64,000 nucleotides of DNA from an uncultured Chloroflexia bacterium (GCA_963776625.1 CAVZNP010000004.1:311288-375287); one strand, 5' to 3'; counted from the stretch's first letter, positions 35,855 to 46,020 are shown. Numbers and translations: made by a program. Notes: a model not told the origin generated them from the letters alone.

Positions 35855-37249
35855 TCAGCCTCGCGTGGTGGCGGCCACGGCAGGCCGCCGCGACGGAACG
35901 GCGCCGCCGCCAATCTGCGTCGATTCGATGTGCATACCGAACATGCGGTCGCTGTGCGCCCAGGATTGACTGAGCAGCACTTCCAGGAACGTGCGGGTGA
36001 CGAAGATGGCGCTGAAGAGCGACACCACCACGCCGATGCCCAGCACGAGGGCGAAACCCATAATGATGGTCGCCCCGAATTGCTGACCGAAGATGTACAG
36101 CACCGCGCAGGTGATCAGCGTGGACGTGTTGGAATCGCGGATTGACGGCCACGCACGGTCTTCACCCGCACGGATGGCGGCGGCAATCGTTTTGCCGCTC
36201 CGCAGCTCTTCTTTCATGCGTTCGAATATCAGGATGTTGGCGTCCACCGCCATACCGACCGACAGGATGAAGCCTGCGATGCCAGCGAGTGTCAGCGTGA
36301 CCGGGATGAGCTTGAAGATGGCCAGCGTGACCAGCGCATAGACGAGCAACGCACCAGACGCGGCCAGGCCCGGCAAACGGTAGTACAGCAGCATGAACAG
36401 CACCACAACCAGAAGCGCCAGTTCGCCGGCGACGATGCTCTTGTGGACCGAGTCGGCGCCGAGGCTCGCGTCAACCGTACTTTCCGACTGAATGCTGATC
36501 GGTACCGGCAGCGCGCCCGCGTTCAACTGGAGCGCCAGCAGCTTGGCCTGATCCAGCGACAGGCCGGTGATGACGCCGCTATCGCTGAGCACGGCCTGGA
36601 CAGTCGGATCGGAGACCATCTGTCCGTCCAGGAAGATGCCGAGGGGCTTGCCAAGCAGTCGCTGGGTGATCTGGCTGAAGAGCGTGGCGCCGTCGCTGTT
36701 GAACTGGAAGGCGACCTGTGGCAGGCCCGCGTTGCCGGTGAACGTGACCTGCTGCCGACCTGGCGCCAGGAAAGCGCCCGTGAGCGCGACGGTCTGTCCA
36801 TTGAGCTGACCCGTCGACGGGATCCAGTTGCCGTCGGCGTCTTGCTCTTTGAATTCGAGCTTGGCGGTCTGGCCGATGAGCTGTTTGGCCTGTTCGGTGT
36901 CTTTGAGGCCGGGCAACTGGACGATGATGCGATCGGAGCCGAGCTGTTGAATTTCAGGCTCGGCGACGCCGTAGGCATTGACGCGGCGCTCGATGACGTT
37001 GAGCACGCCCTGCATCGCCGTGCTCTGCTGGTCGGCCGGCACCTGGCTCAAATCGGCCTGGAGGGTGAGCTGGGTGCCACCCTGGAGGTCGAGGCCGAGC
37101 TTGGCGCCCTGTCTGACGAACGAACCCAGGTGGATGCCCGGGTTGCCTGGCAACACATCGCCGCCGGGGATGTAGTTGCCGGGCTTCTGCGGCCACACGA
37201 CGGCAAGGGCCAGAAGCGTCAGGATCAGGATGAAAATCAGCCGTTTCAT
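35855..37249 (-). CDS. secD: protein translocase subunit SecD
   Basis: 464-aa ORF with an N-terminal TM helix, a periplasmic domain (GLDLQGGTQLTLQAD) and a C-terminal 5-TM SecD/F domain. It sits immediately upstream of secF. Confidence 0.9.
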   Translation of the reverse strand: MKRLIFILILTLLALAVVWPQKPGNYIPGGDVLPGNPGIHLGSFVRQGAKLGLDLQGGTQLTLQADLSQVPADQQSTAMQGVLNVIERRVNAYGVAEPEIQQLGSDRIIVQLPGLKDTEQAKQLIGQTAKLEFKEQDADGNWIPSTGQLNGQTVALTGAFLAPGRQQVTFTGNAGLPQVAFQFNSDGATLFSQITQRLLGKPLGIFLDGQMVSDPTVQAVLSDSGVITGLSLDQAKLLALQLNAGALPVPISIQSESTVDASLGADSVHKSIVAGELALLVVVLFMLLYYRLPGLAASGALLVYALVTLAIFKLIPVTLTLAGIAGFILSVGMAVDANILIFERMKEELRSGKTIAAAIRAGEDRAWPSIRDSNTSTLITCAVLYIFGQQFGATIIMGFALVLGIGVVVSLFSAIFVTRTFLEVLLSQSWAHSDRMFGMHIESTQIGGGAVPSRRPAVAATTRG

Positions 37250-37406
37250 GCGAACGTCGAAGTGTAACGTGAACGCCCGTTAACGGGGTGTCAAAGGGGT
37301 AAAGCGTGTGGACTCGTACCGCTCGCCGTGTCAACACGCACGTCTGAAAGGGAAGTCCTGGTCGAGGATGAAGAGTTTGACACAGCCAGGGGTACTGGCC
37401 CACACG

Positions 37407-37991
37407 TCAACCCCCGCGCGCGTCAGTCCGGTCTCTCTTCCCCTCGTCGCCCTCCTCGCCCTCCTCGTCAACCTCCTCCCCAGCCGCGCGCCGCGCTTCG
37501 CGCGCATCTGCTTCTCGCTTCCTGAGCGGCTCCGACCGCTGCAGCTTGTCGAGCGTTTCCATCCGATCGATATACAGATGCCCGTCCAGGTGATCGATCT
37601 CATGCTGAAGCGCCTGCGCGAACAACCCCTCGGCGTCGCGAATGCGCAGCTCCTTGCCATTGCGATCCAGCGCCTTGACGGACACACGCTCGGCGCGGTT
37701 CAGCCGACCCCAGAAGCCCGGGCACTGACAGGCACCCTTCATCGAGCTCAACTTCACCAATCCGCTTCACGATCTCGGGATTGATGATGACCGTGACCTT
37801 GTCATCCACGTCGATGACCGCCAGGCGCAGCGGAACGCCCACCTGGGGCGCCGCCAGACCAACCCCAGGCGCCTGCTTCATCGTCTCAATCATGTCGTCG
37901 ATAAGCTTCTGCAACTGGCGATCGACCTGGCTCACCCGCGGGCCTTGCCGCGCAACACAGGATTACCGACGACCAGTATCGGCCGTATCAC
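37407..37991 (-). pseudogene. def: peptide deformylase with an acidic C-terminal tail, two frame changes as written
   Basis: The segments VIRPILVVGNPVLRGKAR | VSQVDRQLQKLIDDM..GVGLAAPQVG..EGCLSVPG | FWGRLNRAERV..QHEIDHLDG lie in three frames. The junctions are at about 37935-37937 and 37717-37722, both at G/C runs. Confidence 0.85.
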
Positions 37992-39102
37992 TGGGCAAAA
38001 GTCTACCGAGTAACTCGTCATAGACCGCATCGATCGCCGCGTGCAGCTCCTCCAGAGACGCGCCGCTCGTCTGGAGCGCCGCGATGCACGCGCCGCCCGC
38101 CCCGACGCCCTCCTTGACCACAAAGTGCTCGTACAGGCGCAGACCGTCGTGACGCGATCCGGAGAAGTCCAGGTTCGCGGCGAGCACGGCCAGGTCAGGG
38201 TCGATCTCGGCTGCCAGCCCCCGCAGGTCCGACGAGGGATCCTCGGCGACCCAGCGCGTCGTTCCGATCGCCACACGTCGCAGCGCGTCGACGCCGCCAA
38301 GTGCCCGAACCAGCGCCGCGACCGCCAGCATCTGCGAGCCACCCGCCAGCAAGACGTCGCGGCCGGCCTCGATTGCGCCCAGCGTCATACCGGCCACTAC
38401 GGGCTGCATCGGATCGCCAACCAGGCTGACCAGCTGCAGGGGGTCGAGGCGCTCGTCGCCCCGACTTTTCGCGGCCGCCCTGACTTTTCGCAGCGCGGCG
38501 TGCGCCACGCGCGACTTCAACCGGTGCGCGTTGCCCGGCATGCTGCCACTCACGCGCCCTTCGGCGGCGTACCCGAGTGCGAGCAGCACCGCCAGCGCGG
38601 TCGTGGTCCCGCCCGGCACGCTCTCGCCGATCACGACGTACGGCGTTGCGGCCTCGAGCCCGAGCCGGGCGCCCAGCGCAAACAGGTCGCACGCGTTGGC
38701 CACCGCCGGGGCAGCCGCGTCAATCCTGGCACCGGGCAGCTCACTGGCGCGCAGCACAGGCGTTTCGGGCCAGACGCGCAGGCCGGCGCCGACCAGGCGC
38801 ACCTCCAGTCCTGCCAGATGCAGAGCAGCCCGCGTAATGCCTGCTGGGCCCGGAGCGCCGAGGGGGTTGCTCGGCAGACGCGGCAGACACGCTGGCGCCC
38901 CGAGCACGATGACTTCGGCGTCAGCCGCCGGTGTATACGGCCGCAGCTCTTCGGTAACACCGGCGCTGGAAATGCCCGGCACCAGACAGGTGTCCGTGTG
39001 GCCGAGCACACACCAGAATGTCGGGCATACGCCCCGCCACCGCTCGGCAAAGGCCTGTCCGGTCCGCGGCGCGCTGACAAACAGGATCGGTTCGCGGGCC
39101 AT
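37963..39102 (-). CDS. cobT: archaeal-type nicotinate-nucleotide--dimethylbenzimidazole phosphoribosyltransferase (TIGR00303/UPF0284-like CobT)
   Basis: 379-aa ORF with the LGHTDTCLVPGISSAG motif characteristic of the family. It sits directly upstream of cobS. Confidence 0.7.
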   Translation of the reverse strand: MAREPILFVSAPRTGQAFAERWRGVCPTFWCVLGHTDTCLVPGISSAGVTEELRPYTPAADAEVIVLGAPACLPRLPSNPLGAPGPAGITRAALHLAGLEVRLVGAGLRVWPETPVLRASELPGARIDAAAPAVANACDLFALGARLGLEAATPYVVIGESVPGGTTTALAVLLALGYAAEGRVSGSMPGNAHRLKSRVAHAALRKVRAAAKSRGDERLDPLQLVSLVGDPMQPVVAGMTLGAIEAGRDVLLAGGSQMLAVAALVRALGGVDALRRVAIGTTRWVAEDPSSDLRGLAAEIDPDLAVLAANLDFSGSRHDGLRLYEHFVVKEGVGAGGACIAALQTSGASLEELHAAIDAVYDELLGRLLPSDTADTGRR

Positions 39103-39108
39103 CGTCGT

Positions 39109-39852
39109 TCAGCCAAAGCGGGGCAAGAGCAGGGCGCCGCTCAGCCACACCACGGTCTCGACAATTTCACACGTCGCGCCGTAGCAGTCGCCGGTCAGAC
39201 CAGGCAGCAGCGTCATCAGCCAGCGACCCAGCCCGAGTGCGGTCACCACCGCGAGCACGCCTGCTACGATGCCCGACGGCCCAACGACCGCGCAGGCCAC
39301 GATGGGCACGACGCTTGCCAGCGCCAGAAGTCGTGGGGATGCCACCGCTTTGAGCGGCGAGCCGAGCCCGGTCGCGCGACCGTACGGGAAGACAACCGTC
39401 ACCAGCACGATCGACCAGCGCCCGAGGCACGGCGCGAGGACGACCAACCCGAGGCGCGCGGGTGCGGGCAAACTCGCCAGCGCGGCGATCTTCAGCGCGA
39501 TCACTGAGACCAGGCCAGCGACGCCAAATGCGCCCGCCCGCGGGTCGCGCATGATCTCGAGCCGACGCTCAGGGGAGGCGTGACCAAACACCGCGTCACA
39601 CGTGTCCATCAGACCGTCGGCATGCAGCCCACCGCTAATGGTCAGCAGCAGCACCACGATGATCGTGCCATTCAGCAAGGAGGAGACGCCGAGCCAGCCC
39701 AGGCCCAGATCGACCAGGCCGAGAACAGCGCCGATCAGCAAGCCGACCAGCGGCAGCCAGCCAAGCGCCTCTCCGAGATTGTTTTCGGTCGTCGGCAGCG
39801 GAACGCGCGTAAGGAACTGGACGGCGCCGAGGAACCCGCGCCAGCACGACAT
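39109..39852 (-). CDS. cobS: adenosylcobinamide-GDP ribazoletransferase (cobalamin synthase)
   Basis: The protein starts MSCWRGFLGAVQFLTRVPLP at ATG 39852, has the GGLHADGLMDTCDA motif and is polytopic. The longer ORF upstream is Arg-rich and implausible. Confidence 0.85.
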   Translation of the reverse strand: MSCWRGFLGAVQFLTRVPLPTTENNLGEALGWLPLVGLLIGAVLGLVDLGLGWLGVSSLLNGTIIVVLLLTISGGLHADGLMDTCDAVFGHASPERRLEIMRDPRAGAFGVAGLVSVIALKIAALASLPAPARLGLVVLAPCLGRWSIVLVTVVFPYGRATGLGSPLKAVASPRLLALASVVPIVACAVVGPSGIVAGVLAVVTALGLGRWLMTLLPGLTGDCYGATCEIVETVVWLSGALLLPRFG

Positions 39853-39886
39853 GCCCGACGCGATGGCGCCGACGCGACCGCGACCG

Positions 39887-40959
39887 TTACCGGGCGCTGG
39901 CGACCAGCGACGTGGCCGTGCTCGCTCGAATGCGATCGCGCCAGTACTCGAGCAGGTCGGCCATGGTCTTCTCGAACGGGATCGTCGGCTCCCAGTCAGT
40001 GGCCCTTTTGAACTTGTCGACGTTCGCCCACAGCAGTCGAACATCGCTGGGCCGCATGCGTGCCGGATCCTGCTCGACGCTGATGCGCGCCGAGGTGTGG
40101 CTGAGCAGGATGTCGAGCATGTCACCCACTCGCATACAGCTTCCGCGGCCGACGTTGTAGACCTCGCCTGGCGTGCCGCGCTCGGTGGCCAGCCAGTAGG
40201 CGCGCACCATGTCGCGCGTGTCGGTCCAGTCGCGTCGGGAGTCCAGGTCGCCGCCCTGCAGCACCGCGTCCTGGAGGCCAGCCTCGATCTGCGCGATCTG
40301 CTTGGCAAAGCTACTGGTCGCAAAGACCTGGCCGCGACGTGGGCCTGTGTGGTTGAAGCCGCGTGTGACGATACATTTCATGCCGTAGCTTCGGAAATAC
40401 TGAATCGCCAGTGTTTCCTGGGCAACCTTGCTCACCGCGTAGGGGCTGAGAGGGCGCATCGGATTGGTTTCGGCGATGGGAGCTTCGTCTGGATAGACCA
40501 GTCCATATTCTTCGCTCGAACCCGCAATGTGAATCACGGGATCCAGGCGCGCCTCACGAACCGCTTCGAAGATGTTGAGCTCGGAGACGATGTTGTTGGT
40601 CAGCGTGGCGGCCGGCGCCGTCCAACTGGTCGGCACGAAGCTCTGGGCGGCAAGGTGGAAAATCCGATCGGGTCGGACCGCCCGCACCACGCCGCGCACG
40701 GCGCTGGCGTCCTGCAGCTCGCAGTCGATGACCGTTGCCTGACCCGGTTGGACGACGCGCGCCAGGCTGACCTGATCGGTGATCCGCTGGCCCTCGTCGA
40801 GCACGTTGAGCAGACCACGCCGACGCAGGTCCTGCAGGTTGTCGAGCTTGCTCCGCCAGCGGAATGTGCCGAAGACTTCAACGTTCGGGTGATGATCGAC
40901 CAGGTATTCGGCCAGGAAGCTCCCGCCATCCCCGTGATGCCGGTAATCAGGACGCGCAC
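39887..40959 (-). pseudogene. GDP-mannose 4,6-dehydratase / GDP-4-keto-6-deoxymannose reductase family SDR, one frame change as written
   Basis: GTG 40959, with a GAGAGGAG RBS, gives VRVLITGITGMAG. The sequence then continues in another frame as FLAEYLVDHHPNVEVFG..HLAAQSFV..SPYAVSK. The junction is at about 40920. Confidence 0.8.
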
Positions 40960-41906
40960 AATTTCTCCTCTCGGACCTTTTCCCGCCAATACTCGAACGT
41001 ATCGCGCAGCGTGGTGTGCCACGGGATGCGCGGCCGCCACCCGGTCAACGCCGTGAATTTGCGAGTGTCTGCTTGCTGATGGGGAATGTCTGCCTTCCGC
41101 CAGAGCGCGTGGTCCGTTCGGGTCTCGACCCGCACACGACACATGCCAACCAGCTCGTCGACCATCTCGGAGAGGAGCACGGCCCGCCCGCTGCCAATGT
41201 TGTACACGTCACCAGGCACACCCTCGACCAGGGCGAGACGGTAGGCGCGCACCATGTCGCGGGCGTCAGTGAAGTCGCGCGCGACGTTCAGGTTGCCGAC
41301 TCGCAGGACCGGTTCTCGCAGGCCCACTTCGATCTCGGCGAGTTGACGCGCAAAACTGGGAATGACGAAACGCGCGTCGTGGCCAGGCCCCGTGTGATTG
41401 AAAGGTCGTACGCGGACGGCCGCGATGCCATGCTGGGCAAAGTATTGAAAGCCCATCATGTCCTGGCCGACCTTGCTGACGGCGTACGGGGTGATGGGGC
41501 GCAGCGGCGCGTCCTCGTCGGTGGGCACGTCCTCGGGACGAACCTGCCCGTATTCGTCGCTCGAGCCGACGACCAGCGCGCGGGGCCGCAGACCCACACT
41601 CAGCAACGCTTCGAACACGTTCAGCTGGCTGTGCAGGTTGTTGCAGATCGTGCCCCACGGGTTTGCCACGCTCTCGGCAGGTGACGACTGGGCCGCCAGG
41701 TGGTAGACAGCCTCGGGCTGCGTCTCCCGCACGAGCCGCTCCACCGCGTCTCGGTCACTCAGGTCTGTCTGGACGATGCGCGTGCCATCGAGGGTCAGCA
41801 CCGCGTCGGATCGACCGACGCCACACACGTCATCCCCTTCGTCTCGCAGATGCTGCAGGAGATGGCGGCCGACGAACCCTCCGACGCCCGTGATCAGCGC
41901 ACGCAT
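40947..41906 (-). CDS. NAD-dependent epimerase/dehydratase, paralogue of the downstream GDP-sugar SDR
   Basis: MRALITGVGGFVGRHL from ATG 41906, plus HLAAQSS and the PYAVSK YxxxK motif. Confidence 0.8.
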   Translation of the reverse strand: MRALITGVGGFVGRHLLQHLRDEGDDVCGVGRSDAVLTLDGTRIVQTDLSDRDAVERLVRETQPEAVYHLAAQSSPAESVANPWGTICNNLHSQLNVFEALLSVGLRPRALVVGSSDEYGQVRPEDVPTDEDAPLRPITPYAVSKVGQDMMGFQYFAQHGIAAVRVRPFNHTGPGHDARFVIPSFARQLAEIEVGLREPVLRVGNLNVARDFTDARDMVRAYRLALVEGVPGDVYNIGSGRAVLLSEMVDELVGMCRVRVETRTDHALWRKADIPHQQADTRKFTALTGWRPRIPWHTTLRDTFEYWREKVREEKLCAS

Positions 41907-41999
41907 GACCTGCTTAGAGTAGCGCCCGCCCGCACCGAGCAAGCTGCTATCGTTGTGGAGGCGATGCGCGACGTACGCCATATTGAGCGGCGGCGGCAG

Positions 42000-42548
42000 A
42001 TGGGACGCGATCTGAACGATCCGCCATATTCGCCACAGCAGCTCGGGGCGCTCATCGACGATGTCCCGGATTTCCCCAAGAAGGGAATCCTGTTCAAGGA
42101 CATCACCACGCTGCTCAAGGATGCGCGGGCATTCAAGGCGTCAATCGACCAGTTGACGGAACTGGTGCGCAGCTATGAGCCCAGTCTGGTCATCGGCATG
42201 GAATCGCGCGGGTTCATCTTCGCGGCGCCGATCGCGTACCAGCTGTCGGCGGGGTTCGTGCCGGTGCGCAAGCTGGGCAAGCTGCCCGGCGACGTGATCA
42301 GTACCGAGTACGACCTCGAGTACGGGACCAATACGCTGGAGCTGCATTCGGACGCCATCGTGCCCGGGGAGCGGGTATTGATTGTCGACGACCTGCTGGC
42401 GACTGGTGGCACGGTCTCGGCGACGATCGAGCTCGTGGAACGCTTGCAGGGGAAAGTAGCCGCGGTGGCGTTTCTGGTCGAGCTCACCGAGCTGCGGGGC
42501 AGAGACCGACTCGGGGGTTACGAAGTCATCTCATTAATTCAGTTCTGA
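42000..42548 (+). CDS. apt: adenine phosphoribosyltransferase
   Basis: DFPKKGILFKDITTLL and the PRPP-binding motif VLIVDDLLATGGT. The ATG at 42000 gives a protein of about 182 aa. Confidence 0.9.
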   Translation: MGRDLNDPPYSPQQLGALIDDVPDFPKKGILFKDITTLLKDARAFKASIDQLTELVRSYEPSLVIGMESRGFIFAAPIAYQLSAGFVPVRKLGKLPGDVISTEYDLEYGTNTLELHSDAIVPGERVLIVDDLLATGGTVSATIELVERLQGKVAAVAFLVELTELRGRDRLGGYEVISLIQF

Positions 42549-42652
42549 GGTTATGACCGCATGGCTTCAGCCAGCGCGTGCGGTCTCCTTCAAAACGTGA
42601 TCCACTGAGAAAGCTCCTGGAACTGGAAAGCGTAACCCCGCGCCCCGCCGGG

Positions 42653-43723
42653 CTACGCTGCCAGGTACTCACTCGCCTCGGTGCGCAGCGTCGGCATCCG
42701 CCTGAGCTTCGCTAGCGCCGACTGCTCAATCTGTCGGATCCGCTCGCGACTCACCCCCATCATCGTCGCGACTTCCCCGAGCGTCGCCTCCGCGCCGCGC
42801 TCCAGCCCGAAGCGCATCTGAATGATCCGTCGCTCGCGCACATCGAGCAGATCGAGCGCCTCTGTCAGCCGATGCGACAACTCCTTGATCTCGATCTCTC
42901 GCTGTGGCGCCTGCCCGGCGACCTCGTCCCCAAGCAAATCCCCGCGCGTCACGTCCGAGTCCTCGCTGACGGGCGCTTCAATGGACAGTGGCGTCAACGC
43001 CGCGCGCCGCGCCTCGACGATTCGCTCGACCTCGAGTCCCAGCAGTTCCGCAAGCTGCTCAACAGAAGGCACCACCCCGCTCAGCGCCTGCATCTCGCGC
43101 TCAGCCCGCTGCACCCGAGAGAGTAGCTCGACCGCGTGCACCGGCAGACGAATCGTGCGACTCTGGTCCGCCAGCGAGCGTGTCATCGCCTGTCGAATCC
43201 ACCAGTACACGTAGGTGCTGAAGCGGAACCCGCGGCTCCAGTCGTACTTGTCCGCGCCGATCTGCAGCCCGATATTGCCTTCCTGGACCAGGTCCATGAA
43301 CGACAGGCCGCGGTTCAGGTAGCGACGCGCGACCGAAACGACCAGCCGCAAATTGCACTCGATCAGGCGACGCCGCGCGTTCTCGCCAAGCTCCACGGCT
43401 CGCGCTAGCGCTTCACGGTCTGGCTCGTCAAGGACTTCGTCGGCGTTCAAGCGCAGAGCCGCGTGGCGACCCGCCTCCATACGCTGGGCCAGCATTACTT
43501 CGTCCTGCTGACTCAGCAGCTCGTGATTCGCGATTTCGCGCAGGTACATGGCGCCTGCGCCACCAGCCAGCTCCTCCGACGCGGAGAGCACGACAAATGC
43601 AGGCTGGCTCGCTTCTGCGGCCGTCGCAGCGATCATCTCGGCGGTCGGTTCGTCCGGTTCTGAGAGTGCGGGCGCCTGGAAGAGCGCCTCATGTGTGGTG
43701 GTGTTCATACGGTCTTGTGTCAA
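42653..43723 (-). CDS. primary-like (group 1/2) sigma-70 factor
   Basis: Region 1.2 (YLREIANHELLSQQDEVMLA), region 2 (FSTYVYWWIRQAMTR) and region 4.2 (LGEVATMMGVSRERIRQIEQSALAKLR) are all present. Confidence 0.9.
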   Translation of the reverse strand: MTQDRMNTTTHEALFQAPALSEPDEPTAEMIAATAAEASQPAFVVLSASEELAGGAGAMYLREIANHELLSQQDEVMLAQRMEAGRHAALRLNADEVLDEPDREALARAVELGENARRRLIECNLRLVVSVARRYLNRGLSFMDLVQEGNIGLQIGADKYDWSRGFRFSTYVYWWIRQAMTRSLADQSRTIRLPVHAVELLSRVQRAEREMQALSGVVPSVEQLAELLGLEVERIVEARRAALTPLSIEAPVSEDSDVTRGDLLGDEVAGQAPQREIEIKELSHRLTEALDLLDVRERRIIQMRFGLERGAEATLGEVATMMGVSRERIRQIEQSALAKLRRMPTLRTEASEYLAA

Positions 43724-43748
43724 TCATCGACACGCACCGCGCGAGAAT

Positions 43749-44081
43749 TTAGACCCCGCCAGGAACGTTCGGGATACTGGACAGATCTGTGACGGAGGTC
43801 TGCTCGTGCCGAGCGTGTACCGCCACCTGAGCGCCGACCGCCCCATCCTGGATCTGGAACGACAGCACGCGCCCGTCTTCGAGTACGAGCTCGCCGCCCA
43901 GGAACGTCTGTGACTCGAACACGTCGTCATCTGGCGTTCCAGCCGGCACCAGCAGCTGGACCTTCCCGCCGCGTACGTCGATGTCGACGGCCTCGTCGCC
44001 GTCGGCATAGTTATCGAGCGATTGCGTCGGATCGCCGGTCGGTTCTCCAACGAATGCTTCCTGCACGTTGCGTCGCTTCAC
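43749..44081 (-). CDS. hypothetical acidic protein
   Basis: 110-aa ORF upstream of the sigma gene on the same strand. It has no motif, so coding status is uncertain. Confidence 0.3.
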   Translation of the reverse strand: MKRRNVQEAFVGEPTGDPTQSLDNYADGDEAVDIDVRGGKVQLLVPAGTPDDDVFESQTFLGGELVLEDGRVLSFQIQDGAVGAQVAVHARHEQTSVTDLSSIPNVPGGV

Positions 44082-44131
44082 GGAATCTCAGGCTTCGCAC
44101 GAAGCATGCCCGCGTACACTTAGCGCGACTC

Positions 44132-45193
44132 ATGCGCACGCTCGAATTCGACGCGAGTGGGCCGGCGCTGGTGCTGCTTGATCAGACCCGCCTGCCCCGC
44201 GAAACCGTGCTCGTGCACTGTCGCAGCGCCGACGACGTGGCCCGCGCGATCAGCACGATGCAGGTGCGCGGCGCACCTGCGATCGGCGTGGCCGCGGCGT
44301 ACGGGCTAGCGCTCGCGGCGTTGTCGCACACGGGTGACGATCCGTCGAACTTCGTCGCCACGCTGGAGGAATCGGCCCGACTTCTGGGTCAGACCCGCCC
44401 GACGGCCGTCAACCTGCGGTGGGCACTCGATCGCGTCATGCTGCTCGCGCGAAACGTCGTGGCATCCGCGGGAGTCACCGCCGCGAAGAGCGCAATCCTG
44501 GCGCTATCCGACGAGATGGCCGACGAAGACGTCGCCGTCAATAAGCGCATTGGCGCCTATGGCCTCGAGCTGGTCTCCGACGGTGCGAACGTCCTGACGC
44601 ACTGCAACGCGGGCGCGCTGGCGACCGTCGACTATGGCACCGCGCTTGGCGTGGTGCGCGCAGCCCACGACGCTGGTCGCGGCATCCACGTATTCGTGGA
44701 CGAAACGCGACCCTTCCTCCAGGGCGCGCGCCTGACCGCCTGGGAGCTGCAGCAGCTTGGCGTGCCCATGACGCTGATCACCGACAGCATGGCCGGCCAC
44801 TTCATGAGTCGAGGAGAAGTCGACCTGGTCGTCGTCGGCGCGGATCGCATAGCCGCCAACGGTGACGTGGCGAACAAGATCGGGACCTACTCCGTCGCCG
44901 TGCTCGCCCGCGAAAACGGCGTCCCGTTTTACGTCGCGGCGCCAATTTCGACGGTTGACCTGTCGCTGGCGAGCGGCGTCGAGATTCCCATCGAAGAGCG
45001 CTCGTCCCGCGAGGTCACCGAGGTCTCCGGAACGCCGATTGCACCCGAGGGCGTGCATGCCGCGCACCCTGCCTTCGACATCACGCCTGCCCGCCTGGTG
45101 ACCGCGATCATCACCGAGCGGGGTGTGCTGCGTGCCCCCTACTCCGAGTCGCTGGCCGCGGCCGTGCACGCCTCCGACCCCGTCGTCGCCTGA
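44132..45193 (+). CDS. mtnA: S-methyl-5-thioribose-1-phosphate isomerase
   Basis: Pattern like eIF-2B alpha/beta/delta: LVLLDQTRLP, RGAPAIGVAAAYG, GADRIAANGDVANKIGTY. Confidence 0.9.
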   Translation: MRTLEFDASGPALVLLDQTRLPRETVLVHCRSADDVARAISTMQVRGAPAIGVAAAYGLALAALSHTGDDPSNFVATLEESARLLGQTRPTAVNLRWALDRVMLLARNVVASAGVTAAKSAILALSDEMADEDVAVNKRIGAYGLELVSDGANVLTHCNAGALATVDYGTALGVVRAAHDAGRGIHVFVDETRPFLQGARLTAWELQQLGVPMTLITDSMAGHFMSRGEVDLVVVGADRIAANGDVANKIGTYSVAVLARENGVPFYVAAPISTVDLSLASGVEIPIEERSSREVTEVSGTPIAPEGVHAAHPAFDITPARLVTAIITERGVLRAPYSESLAAAVHASDPVVA

Positions 45194-46020
45194 TGCCGCC
45201 CGAGATCTTTCAACCCCTGGATCGGGCGGATGTTGGCGTCTTTGGCGGCTCGGGCTTCTACACGCTGATGGAAGGCCCCGTGGAACAGGTCTCGGTCCAG
45301 ACGCCCTATGGAGCGCCAAGTGACGCCATCACCGTCGGGCGTATTGGGGATGTTCGGGTCGCCTTCTTGCCGCGCCACGGACCGCATCACCGCCTGCCGC
45401 CTCACGTGATCAACTATCGGGCGAACCTGTGGGCGATGGCCCACCTCGGCGTGTCGCGCCTGATCGCGCCGACCGCGGCTGGCAGCCTGCAGCCGCACAT
45501 CAAACCAGGCGAATTCGTGGTGTGCGATCAGTTCGTCGATCGCACCTACGCCCGCGAGCAGACCTTCTTCGACGGACCACGAGTCGTCCACATCTCGAGC
45601 GCCGATCCGTATTGCCCCGACCTGCGCGCGCAGTCGATCGACGTTGGTCGACGCCTGGGGATCACCGTCCACGAACGCGGCACGGTTGTCGTCATTCAGG
45701 GTCCACGCTTTTCCACGCGTGCGGAGTGCCAGTGGTTTTCGCGCCAGGGCTGGGAGGTCGTCAACATGACGCAATACCCGGAGGTGGCGCTGGCTCGCGA
45801 GCTGGCGATGTGCTACGTGAACATCGCCCTGATCACGGACTATGACGCCGGTCTGGAGGGCGAGGACGGCATCGAGCCGGTGTCCGTCGCCGAGGTCGTG
45901 CAGGTCATGCACGCCAACAACGAGCGCGTCCGGCAGTTGATCCAGGAGCTGGTGCCAAGGTTGGGCGGCGCGCGCACCTGCGCATGCACGCATGCGCTCG
46001 AAAACGCCGTCGTCTCGTGA
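45193..46020 (+). CDS. mtnP: S-methyl-5'-thioadenosine phosphorylase
   Basis: [33 protein letters not shown] and the MTQYPE motif. The start overlaps the mtnA stop (TGATG). Confidence 0.9.
   Translation: MPPEIFQPLDRADVGVFGGSGFYTLMEGPVEQVSVQTPYGAPSDAITVGRIGDVRVAFLPRHGPHHRLPPHVINYRANLWAMAHLGVSRLIAPTAAGSLQPHIKPGEFVVCDQFVDRTYAREQTFFDGPRVVHISSADPYCPDLRAQSIDVGRRLGITVHERGTVVVIQGPRFSTRAECQWFSRQGWEVVNMTQYPEVALARELAMCYVNIALITDYDAGLEGEDGIEPVSVAEVVQVMHANNERVRQLIQELVPRLGGARTCACTHALENAVVS

Noticed and set aside
37717-37937. Programmed ribosomal frameshifting or recoding as an explanation for the split def gene and the other split genes
   Set aside because: The junctions share no slippery heptamer or stimulatory structure. 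The shifts go in both directions, occur in seven unrelated genes, and number up to nine in a single gene. Indel error or mutation is the simpler explanation.
38041-41056. Two long plus-strand ORFs (488 aa and 484 aa) opposite cobT, cobS and the GDP-sugar SDR genes
   Set aside because: Both are Arg/Gly/Pro-rich with no motifs. The minus-strand genes have clear family signatures and RBS-supported starts.
42555-42585. Hairpin (gaccgca..tgcggtc) between the convergent apt and sigma genes as an intrinsic terminator
   Set aside because: The stem is only 7 bp with a large, partly structured loop and no clear U-tract on either strand. That is too weak to annotate as a terminator.
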